Shown here: piece by piece, positions 8,684 through 15,216 of the stretch
Layout: each line of letters starts with the position of its first letter
Numbering within the stretch: the first letter of the stretch is position 1
Assembly: GCA_964595475.1 (NCBI GenBank)
Contig: CAZQQP010000001.1
Coordinates: 9,569 to 49,149 of the forward strand
Length of the DNA stretch: 39,581 bases
Direction: 5' to 3'
DNA from: an uncultured Planctomycetaceae bacterium
GTDB taxonomy: Bacteria > Planctomycetota > Phycisphaerae > Phycisphaerales > Zrk34
Made by a program: the position numbers and the translations under genes
The notes under the pieces: generated by a model
Seen by the model: the letters and a program-made list of their open reading frames with translations, nothing else
What the model was told of the DNA's origin: nothing
The model's database searches: none

Positions 8684-10489
8684 CTACTCTCCGGAGGCCT
8701 GATCCCCCCCATCGGTCTCCGAGACAAGCGTCTCCGGGCGATAGCCACCCTTCGACCGGAAGTACCCGATCAGCGCGAGGTAGGCGACGAGCATGATGGC
8801 GGGGAGGATCGCGAGCCAAGCGAGTGTCTGTTGTCCCGCGTTCCGGAAGACTCGGTTGACATATCCGTTCCGGGCGAGCGCCGTCACGAGGGCCGTCTTC
8901 CTTGCCTCCTTCTCTGCGGGCAGGTCCAGGTCCGCCAAGATTCCCGCACCTTTCGCCGCCTTCTCCAGCTCACTGACCGACGCGTGCTTCTCCAGCAGTC
9001 GCTGTCGGCGATCCGCCAGCGCCTCTCGGAAATCGGCGGGCACCTTCTCGGGCGGCCGGTTGAGAAAGGCCTTTTTCTTCCCCTGGTCGAGGCCGCGGTA
9101 GCTGACGAAGACCCCGGTCTGCTCGGAGGTCAGCGCCTCCAGGACCTCGGGGTGCTCCGACCGGACCTCCGCGACGAACTCCTGGTTCTGAACCGTCCCG
9201 AGGCCCGGGTTTCCGAGGGTTCCGACGAAAAGCATGCCGGCGCCCGCGACAGCGTTGATCCCGAGCGCCCCGCCCTTCGGCGACTGCTCGGAGACCGTCC
9301 CGAGCATCGTCGGCCAGAAGTATGTCTTCCCGATCCCGTACACGGTGGCCGCGATGAACAGCGACCACCAGGCAGCGCTCGCCGCCGACAGCGAGAGGAG
9401 ACCGACGCATGCGACCGCGGAGCTCGCCGCCAGAAGGCCGATGGGGCCGAGGACCTGGACCACGGGCCCGGCGTAGAACCGGAGCACGAACATGATGAAC
9501 GCCATCCAGGCGAAGAGCAGACCCGCCCAGGTCGGGCTCGCGACCGTGCCGAGGATCTTCTGCATCCAACTATCGCCGCCGAGCTCGGTGGTCGCGACCA
9601 GGCACATCACCAACAGGAGGAAGAAGAAGATCGGGCGGCCGAAGCGGCGGACGTAAAGGCCGAACGCGACGGTCGGGACCACGGCGATGATCGCCCACCA
9701 GTACGCCTCCAACGTCGGGAGGTTGAAGACGACGATGATCTGGTTAATCCCGGCGACGAGGAGGAAGGAGACGATGTAGCAGCTCCCCCACCCGAACTCC
9801 TGAAGCATGGCATAGTACGAGACCCCCGCCGCGACCCGCTCGTGCACGGGAAAGCGCTGGCCGAGGAGGATCACCCCATAGATCAGCATCGGAAGAAGCA
9901 CAAGACCCCACCGCCACTGCCACAGGGCGCCGGGCAAGGCCTCACCGACCGTCTCCCCGGTGTTGAGCATGAGGACACCAAAGAGGCCACCGAGGACTAG
10001 CCCACCCGGCCAGCCTGAATGGAGAATGCTCAGGTAGTGCGTTTTCCGCTGAGGGTACAGCGTGGCGACCGCCGGGTTGATCACCGCTTCGACGGTTCCA
10101 TTGCCAAGGGCGAAGAGGAAGGTCCCCACGTACAGGATGATGTAGCCCGCGTGCTGGCCTTGCTCCACCGCCTGCTCGCTGGCGCCCTCCGGTGCGAGAG
10201 CCAGCGGAGCGCATAGGAGGAGGATCGCCGACCCCACGTGGAGGGAGAACGCGATGGCCATCGAGACCCCGTAGCCGAGCTTGTCCACGATGAGGCTGAA
10301 GAGGATGATGGAGATCGCAAAGGGGTACAGGCCGGCGCCCGCGATGTAGCCAAGCTGCTCCTGTGTCAGGTTGAATTGCTCCCCCCACGCGCCGAGCAGC
10401 TGGCCACGGACCGCGAACCCGAACGCAGTCGCGACCAGTGCCACGACACACCCGACAAAAAGCCGCGTCCGCTGAGTCTGGTCCGTCAT
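8684..10489 (-). CDS. MFS transporter with a long C-terminal hydrophilic segment plus an extra TM helix
   Basis: ATG 10489 (MTDQTQRTRLFVGCVVALVATAFGF...) has AAGGGA 8 nt upstream and a promoter-like element further up. The ORF-track extension to 10828 is Arg/Pro/Ser-rich and crosses the azurin gene. About 12 hydrophobic segments are followed by ~150 hydrophilic residues and a final helix, TLAWLAILPAIMLVAYLALIGYF. Confidence 0.85.
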   Translation of the reverse strand: MTDQTQRTRLFVGCVVALVATAFGFAVRGQLLGAWGEQFNLTQEQLGYIAGAGLYPFAISIILFSLIVDKLGYGVSMAIAFSLHVGSAILLLCAPLALAPEGASEQAVEQGQHAGYIILYVGTFLFALGNGTVEAVINPAVATLYPQRKTHYLSILHSGWPGGLVLGGLFGVLMLNTGETVGEALPGALWQWRWGLVLLPMLIYGVILLGQRFPVHERVAAGVSYYAMLQEFGWGSCYIVSFLLVAGINQIIVVFNLPTLEAYWWAIIAVVPTVAFGLYVRRFGRPIFFFLLLVMCLVATTELGGDSWMQKILGTVASPTWAGLLFAWMAFIMFVLRFYAGPVVQVLGPIGLLAASSAVACVGLLSLSAASAAWWSLFIAATVYGIGKTYFWPTMLGTVSEQSPKGGALGINAVAGAGMLFVGTLGNPGLGTVQNQEFVAEVRSEHPEVLEALTSEQTGVFVSYRGLDQGKKKAFLNRPPEKVPADFREALADRRQRLLEKHASVSELEKAAKGAGILADLDLPAEKEARKTALVTALARNGYVNRVFRNAGQQTLAWLAILPAIMLVAYLALIGYFRSKGGYRPETLVSETDGGDQASGE

Positions 10490-10547
10490 CGGAGGATCCC
10501 TTTCAGCTTCGAGGGCCGGTCCTTCCCATCCCGGAGAGAAGGCTGCG

Positions 10548-10576
10548 AACATATTGGGGCGGCCCACCCGCGTCAA
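10548..10576 (-). promoter_or_regulatory. Candidate sigma70-like promoter for the MFS (and possibly phosphatase-synthase) genes
   Basis: Read on the minus strand: TTGACG (10576-10571), 17-nt spacer, TATGTT (10553-10548). It lies about 50 nt upstream of ATG 10489. Confidence 0.4.
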
Positions 10577-10664
10577 CGGTCGTGACGAGAAGGTGGCGCC
10601 GGACGGCCACGTGAACGCGGGGCCGCCCGCCGTGGGCGGCGTCGGGTGCCCCGATCCGCTCGGC

Positions 10665-10698
10665 GCAAAGAACAACCCCGGCCCGCAGGCCGGGGTTG
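10665..10698 (-). terminator. Rho-independent terminator after the azurin gene
   Basis: On the minus strand there is an 11-bp perfect stem CAACCCCGGCC/GGCCGGGGTTG with a 4-nt loop (10673-10698), followed by TTCTTTGC. It lies 26 nt after the stop at 10725. Confidence 0.65.
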
Positions 10699-10724
10699 TA
10701 CGCGCTTGCGTCGTCCTCGGACGG

Positions 10725-11594
10725 TCAGGGCTTCTCCACGACGAGCTTGCCCCGCATCGTGGCGTAGTGGCCGGGGAAGGTGCACAGGAAGGTCCGCTTG
10801 CCCGGCTCCTTGGGCGCCGTGAACTCAATGGTCTGCTGCTCGCCGGGGCCGAGCAGCGCCGAGGCGGCGATGATCTGCTTCTGCATCTTCTTCCCCTGCG
10901 GGATGTAGTCGTTCTGGAGGCCCGCCTGGGTGGCCTTCGCCACGAAGGTCTGGAAGCTCGTGCCCTTCTTGATGACGATGAACTGATGGCCGCCGGCGGC
11001 CTTGGGCATCTTCCCGACGTTCTTGAAGATCACCCTCACCTTCTGCCCCGGCCGAACGTGGAGCTCCTTGATGTTGTAGTAGAAGGCGTTGGCCTTCAGC
11101 GTGCCCACGCCGAGCACCTTCACCTCGACCACGCCGTCGACGATCTTGGGCTGCTCCACCTTCAGGTCCGCGGCGGGATTGTCGGTTACTCGCACGACGC
11201 CGCCCGCGGCCTTCCCGCCGCTGTCACCGGACCCGTCGCCGCTATCCTTCTTGCCTTCCCCTCCCTTCTTGCTTTCCCCCTTGCTGGTCTTCCCGGCCTT
11301 CTCCTTCTCGGCCTTCTTCTGCTTGCCGCCGCCGTTCGCCTTGGCCTTGGAAGAGGACCCGCCCTCCTTGGACGGCTTCCCGCTTTCCTCCTTCGAGGCC
11401 GTGGCCTTTCCGGACTGTTCCGTGTCCGCCTTCGCTGCCTCTCCTTCCGCGGTCTTCGCCTTGGAGGAGCTCTGCTCCTCGGAGGTGCCGGCGGGCTCGA
11501 TGGTCTTCTTCGTCTGCTTCTCCTGCTCGCCGCCGCAGCCCACGCCGAGGGCGAGGACAAGTGGGGCCGCAAGCGCTGCCGTGACCTGTCGCAT
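10725..11594 (-). CDS. Azurin-type cupredoxin lipoprotein with long disordered linker
   Basis: ATG 11594 has AAGGAA 7 nt upstream. The signal MRQVTAALAAPLVLALGVGC is followed by a ~110-aa Lys/Ser/Gly/Glu linker. The cupredoxin domain carries azurin copper ligands: AAGGHQF and FLCTFPGHYATMRGKLVV (compare Pseudomonas azurin CTFPGHSALMKG). Confidence 0.9.
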   Translation of the reverse strand: MRQVTAALAAPLVLALGVGCGGEQEKQTKKTIEPAGTSEEQSSSKAKTAEGEAAKADTEQSGKATASKEESGKPSKEGGSSSKAKANGGGKQKKAEKEKAGKTSKGESKKGGEGKKDSGDGSGDSGGKAAGGVVRVTDNPAADLKVEQPKIVDGVVEVKVLGVGTLKANAFYYNIKELHVRPGQKVRVIFKNVGKMPKAAGGHQFIVIKKGTSFQTFVAKATQAGLQNDYIPQGKKMQKQIIAASALLGPGEQQTIEFTAPKEPGKRTFLCTFPGHYATMRGKLVVEKP

Positions 11595-11751
11595 GGTCGG
11601 TTCCTTTATGAAGATATCTTGATCCGCAGAGGCTTCTTTTGATTCTAGCCAGCCGCCCCTCCCGAGCCACCACCGTGTCGCCTTGGCCGGGATCGCGGGG
11701 AAACGGGACGCGAACACCTCGGAACCACGACGTCAGCGGGAGAGGGCGGAC

Positions 11752-11757
11752 TATAAT
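11752..11757 (+). promoter_or_regulatory. Candidate -10 element (perfect TATAAT) for the downstream lipoprotein gene
   Basis: TATAAT at 11752-11757, about 47 nt upstream of ATG 11805. No convincing -35 was found. Confidence 0.3.
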
Positions 11758-11804
11758 CGAGCTCAGGTACGGCGGCAAACGGTTCTTTCCGTTCGGAGGC
11801 GGCC

Positions 11805-12296
11805 ATGGTTCGGAAAACCCTTCGGACCGGTGTCCACGGCGTGGTCGTCGTGGCGTTGTTGGGCGGTGCGGGCTGCAGCAGCTTCGACCGCGCCTGGGAG
11901 GAGGCGGCCGGCTTGTCGGCCCGAGCGGCGGAGGCGGACCGGCCCCTCGCGGGGCGGTGGAAAGGAACCTGGCGGAGTGAGAAGACGGGCCACCAGGGCA
12001 AGCTCCGAGCCGTCGTCCGGCACACGGGCGGACGGACGTATCGAGCTCGGTTCCACGCCACCTACGGAGGTCTTTTCCCCTTCGAGTACACTGTGGAGGA
12101 GCTGACGGTGACCGGGAGCAACGGGGCGACGCGCTTCGAGGGCTCGGCGGACCTCGGTCTCTTCGTCGGGGTGTACGAGTACGAGGGCAAGGTGGACAAC
12201 GGAAAATGGCGATCCACCTACCACACTGAGGGCGATCGTGGTATATTCCGGATGGAGCGGGTCCGCGGAGAGGCGTCCGCTTCCGGAAAGCAGTAG
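11805..12296 (+). CDS. Hypothetical lipoprotein (163 aa), beta-rich, no family recognised
   Basis: ATG 11805 follows GGAGG. The signal ends in Cys (VVVALLGGAGC). Third codon positions are G/C-biased as in neighbouring genes. The sequence GRWKGTWRSEKTGHQGKLRAVV...FEGSADLGLFVGVYEYEGKV...GIFRMERV looks like a small beta-barrel. Confidence 0.7.
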   Translation: MVRKTLRTGVHGVVVVALLGGAGCSSFDRAWEEAAGLSARAAEADRPLAGRWKGTWRSEKTGHQGKLRAVVRHTGGRTYRARFHATYGGLFPFEYTVEELTVTGSNGATRFEGSADLGLFVGVYEYEGKVDNGKWRSTYHTEGDRGIFRMERVRGEASASGKQ

Positions 12297-12346
12297 CCGG
12301 GGGGCAGAGAGCTCGTTCGACGGATCCGTTTTCTAGGAGGATGACG

Positions 12347-12781
12347 ATGAGAGCATCGATCTGGTACGGGGGCATGTGGGTGGCGACGCTCCTGCTCGTG
12401 GGGTGCAATGCTCCTTCTGTCAGCGAGGACATGCGGCTCGCGAGCACGGGGATGGAGCAGATCCAAGAGGAGGAGTACCAGCAAGCGGAGAAGACGCTGA
12501 AGAAGGCCCTCGAGATCAATCCGGACAACCCCTACGCCATCCTCAATCTCGGCGTGGTCTACCACCAGACGGGTCGGCCGACGAAGGCCCGGAAGCAGTA
12601 CAAGAAGGTGATCAAGAACCAGAAAGCGGCGGAGCTGAAGGCGGACCGAGCGACGTCGAGCACGGACGAAGGCAAACCGCTCCGCAAGGTCGCTCGAGAG
12701 AATCTCCGCTTGTTAGACCAGGCTCGTGAAGAGAGCGGCGGAGGAGCCGACACCAGTTCGGGGGAGTCCGCGACGAGCTGA
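12347..12781 (+). CDS. TPR-repeat lipoprotein
   Basis: ATG 12347 has AGGAGG 6 nt upstream; the ORF-track start at 12341 abuts the SD. The signal carries an LLLVGC lipobox. TPR-like sequence: AEKTLKKALEINPDNPYAILNLGVVYHQTGRPTKARKQYKKVI. Confidence 0.75.
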   Translation: MRASIWYGGMWVATLLLVGCNAPSVSEDMRLASTGMEQIQEEEYQQAEKTLKKALEINPDNPYAILNLGVVYHQTGRPTKARKQYKKVIKNQKAAELKADRATSSTDEGKPLRKVARENLRLLDQAREESGGGADTSSGESATS

Positions 12782-12809
12782 CGATCCGTCGCGGCCGGCG
12801 GACGAGAGG

Positions 12810-12842
12810 CCCGGGCGGGAAACCCGCCCGGGTCGCTTTTCT
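12810..12842 (+). terminator. Rho-independent terminator after the TPR lipoprotein gene
   Basis: 10-bp stem CCCGGGCGGG/CCCGCCCGGG with loop AAA (12810-12832), followed by TCGCTTTTCTG. Confidence 0.75.
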
Positions 12843-12909
12843 GCATCCCCCGGATCGCTCGGCTCCGTTCCGCCCTGCCGGCGAGACACGTCCGTCGCGT
12901 TTCCGCCAG

Positions 12910-13872
12910 CTAGCGCACTTCCACGCCCAACCGGTCGAGCAGCGCGTCGAACTGATCGACGCTGTAGAAGTCGATGGAGATCGTGCCGCTGCCCTTCCGC
13001 CGCCCCGGGCGAATCGTCACCCGCGTCTGCAGCTGCTCGCCGATCTGGCGCTCGAGGTTCTCCACGTGCGCGGCTCGCTTGCCGCTCGGCCCTTTCGCCT
13101 GCTTCTTCGGCCGGGTCAGCTCGGTGGCCTTTCGGACTGCCGCCTCCGTCCGCCGAACGGACCAGTCCTCCGCCATCGCCCGCTTGGCGAGCGTGCGCTG
13201 GGCCTCGGTGTCGCCGACCGCGAGCAGAGCCCGTCCGTGGCCTGCGGAAAGCGTCCCTTGGCGGATGGCTTCCCGCACATCTTGATGTAAATCTAGTATT
13301 CTCAATGTGTTAGAAACAGACGAGCGATCCATGCCCACACGCTCGGCGATCGCGTCGTGGCTGAGGTGGAACTGCTCCATGAGCTGGCGGAAGGCCTCGG
13401 CGCGCTCCACGGGGTCGAGGTCCTCGCGCTGGACGTTCTCCACCACGGCCCATTCGGCCATGCGTCGGTCGTCGAGGTCTCGGACGAGCGCGGGCACGGC
13501 CTCGAGGCCGGCCTTCTTTGCCGCCCGCCACCGCCGCTCGCCGGTCACGAGCTCGTAAGGCGCCTGGGATGCGGCGGGCGTCGTCCGCTCACGGACCACC
13601 ACCGGCTGCATCAACCCCTCCTGGCGGATGGACTGGGCGAGCTGTTCCAGGCTCGCGTCGTCCATCTCCTGCCGTGGCTGCCAGGGGTTGGGCTCGATGC
13701 GATCGATGGGGAGAGTTTGGATTTGGTTGCCTTCCGCTTGCCCCAGGTCCTCGGCGGGAGGCGGCCCACCCTCCTGCTGCGTGTCGGACGCTCGTTGCGG
13801 ATCGGCCGGAGCGGGTGTCGCGACGAGGCTGCTCAGCCCGCGGCCGAGTCGTGGCGATCGCTTCTTACCCAT
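12910..13872 (-). CDS. parB: Chromosome partitioning protein ParB (Spo0J)
   Basis: ATG 13872 has GGGAGG 5-6 nt upstream; ATG 13899 is also possible. Motifs: KKRSPRLGRGLSSL, IDRIEPNPWQPR, the CTP/arginine box GERRWRAAKKAG, the HTH SHDAIAERVGMDRSSVSNTLRILDL, and SAGHGRALL. Confidence 0.93.
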   Translation of the reverse strand: MGKKRSPRLGRGLSSLVATPAPADPQRASDTQQEGGPPPAEDLGQAEGNQIQTLPIDRIEPNPWQPRQEMDDASLEQLAQSIRQEGLMQPVVVRERTTPAASQAPYELVTGERRWRAAKKAGLEAVPALVRDLDDRRMAEWAVVENVQREDLDPVERAEAFRQLMEQFHLSHDAIAERVGMDRSSVSNTLRILDLHQDVREAIRQGTLSAGHGRALLAVGDTEAQRTLAKRAMAEDWSVRRTEAAVRKATELTRPKKQAKGPSGKRAAHVENLERQIGEQLQTRVTIRPGRRKGSGTISIDFYSVDQFDALLDRLGVEVR

Positions 13873-13938
13873 CAGCACCTCCCTGGCCTCGTAAACCATC
13901 CGACGGCGGCTTTCCCGTGGAGCGGTCCTCCGGACGCG

Positions 13939-13966
13939 AGTGTATCACCTCCGCCGCCGGCCACAA
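13939..13966 (-). promoter_or_regulatory. Candidate parB promoter abutting the proximal parS
   Basis: On the minus strand: TTGTGG (13966-13961), 16-nt spacer, TACACT (13944-13939). The -35 lies 3 nt from the parS at 13970-13985. Motif-level only. Confidence 0.3.
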
Positions 13967-13969
13967 GTC

Positions 13970-13985
13970 CGTTTCACGTGAAACA
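13970..13985. promoter_or_regulatory. parS: parS centromere site (proximal)
   Basis: CGTTTCACGTGAAACA matches the canonical palindrome TGTTTCACGTGAAACA at 15 of 16 positions. It lies 98 nt upstream of the parB start. Confidence 0.85.
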
Positions 13986-14247
13986 GCGAGGCCCGAGCTC
14001 CGTCCGACCCCGGCTCGCTCCTGCTCGGACGCTTAACCGGGGCGGCACCCGAGCACGGGTCTCCGGCGTGAGCACGAGCGGGGAGCCCTCCCCACGACCG
14101 GACGGTCGAGGGGGGCGTCCCCGAGCACCCGAGCGTTCCGCCGGCCCCTTGTGTGGTGGGACCGAGGTCCGGTAGGGGACTGGAATGGATCTTTGCCATT
14201 TGCTTCGGGCCGACAGCCCCCTCTTGCAGGCTGTGCAATGGCGAGCG

Positions 14248-14263
14248 CGTTTCACGTGAAACA
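14248..14263. promoter_or_regulatory. parS: parS centromere site (distal), identical 16-mer
   Basis: A second exact copy of CGTTTCACGTGAAACA, 278 nt (start to start) from the first. Confidence 0.85.
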
Positions 14264-14507
14264 CGGGAGGGAGGGCCGGAGGCTCGTGGCCGAAGGATCG
14301 GCGCGGTCGCTCGTGCTCGCTCGAGCGGAGTCCACTCGAAACCAGTCCGGACGCGGTCGCGGCGAACGCGCACCTTCCGGAGATGCGACGGGGTGCCCGG
14401 CATCGATCCTCTGTGATTCGCTCGCGAGCAGCGGTCCACCCGAATATTGGGTGTTCCGGCCGTCTCGTCGGCCCGAGCGGGTCGCGGGTCTTGATGGGCG
14501 ACAAGAC

Positions 14508-14553
14508 GGGAGCAGGCGCCGGACCTCTCCGGACACCCTCCCCTTTTGTCTTT
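14508..14553 (+). terminator. Candidate intrinsic terminator with no upstream plus-strand gene
   Basis: An imperfect hairpin is followed by a T-rich run. The outer stem pairs GGGAG (14508-14512) with CTCCC (14538-14542). The inner stem is CCGGA-CCTC-TCCGG (14519-14532). CTTTTGTCTTT follows at 14543-14553. Folded by eye only. Confidence 0.3.
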
Positions 14554-15037
14554 AAAGTGTGTCACAAACGGGTCTTACCATAATGCGATGGAAGCGTCGG
14601 CCGACCGAGCGGGCGCCGGCCCAGTCCGTCCCTGCACGATGTGAGCCGCCCATTCCTGACGGCGGCGCAGAAGGGCTCACGGTGGAGCGAAGGCCCGTGA
14701 CCGGCGCGTTCCGACCTGTCTGCGTGCGAGCAAGCAAAGGGAGGAGCAGAACGAGCGACCAGCGCGAGCGCGTGGTGCGTCGCGGAGGGCCCGGGCCGAC
14801 GCCGAGCAGCCCGCAGAACCATGTGGCACAAGGGTTCAGCGGCTCCCCTCGGCCCAAGCGCGTGTCACCTACGCAATCCCAGCGGAACCGGTTTGATGGC
14901 TTGTCTGAGGTCCGATGTCGGCCCGCGCGAACCTACGCGAGGCCTGTGTCGAAGGAGGGGGTGGGATCCCGCCCTCGTCGGCGGCGCCTTCGCTCGGGAG
15001 AGAAGGGGCTCGCGGAAAGCGGACTCCGAGCCCCGCG

Positions 15038-15066
15038 TTGACAGGCCCACGCAAACGCGTTATTCA
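15038..15066 (+). promoter_or_regulatory. Candidate sigma70-like promoter for the PSD1-family gene
   Basis: Perfect TTGACA (15038-15043), 17-nt spacer, TATTCA (15061-15066). This would give a ~145-nt leader before ATG 15217. Confidence 0.35.
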
Positions 15067-15216
15067 TGCCGAGTTCCACACGACGAGACGAAGATGGCTG
15101 ACGCCGGGGCACGGGGTAGGAAGCTGGGGCGGCGAGGAAGGAGCCCAGCGCGGACTTCCCGCCTCGGGCGACCTACTATAGGCAGCGGCTTCCCGCCTTC
15201 TATAAGGATTTTGACA

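Noticed and set aside
10490-10724. A search for a c-di-AMP (ydaO/kimA-type) or other riboswitch in the leader of the MFS / osmolyte array.
   Set aside because: With the promoter match at 10576-10548 the leader is only ~50 nt, which is too short for that riboswitch class. I saw no pseudo-symmetric ACGGGGA/CCCA-type cores in the upstream 235 nt. It was not tested computationally.
13945-15041. ORFs inside the gene-free tract: 13945-14565(-), 13974-14504(-), 14151-14555(+), 14559-15041(+) and 14552-14857(-).
   Set aside because: All are Arg/Pro/Ser/Gly-rich and mutually overlapping. They show no third-position G/C bias, no SD-start context and no motif, including no ParA Walker A. They are treated as non-coding.
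15141-15170. Minus-strand GGCGGGAAGTCCGCGCTGGGCTCC, which resembles the RNase P RNA P4 / CR-I segment (GAGGAAAGTCCGGGCTCC).
   Set aside because: No other conserved RNase P elements are present nearby on that strand: neither the GGTGAAA-type CR-II/III nor ACAGAANCCGGCTTA. The segment lies in the likely leader of the PSD1 gene.
14821-15216. A 132-codon N-terminal extension of the PSD1-family ORF, as given in the ORF track.
   Set aside because: The extension is Arg/Gly-rich and precedes a perfectly good SD-ATG-signal-peptide start at 15217. A promoter match (15038-15066) lies inside it.
13873-15216. The idea that the gene-free, parS-bearing tract is the chromosomal origin (oriC).
   Set aside because: I found no cluster of DnaA boxes (TTATCCACA or its complement, even allowing 1-2 mismatches). 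There is no substantial AT-rich unwinding element; the only AT-rich patch is ~50 nt. No dnaA or dnaN gene is adjacent. It cannot be excluded without a GC-skew or Z-curve analysis of the whole chromosome.
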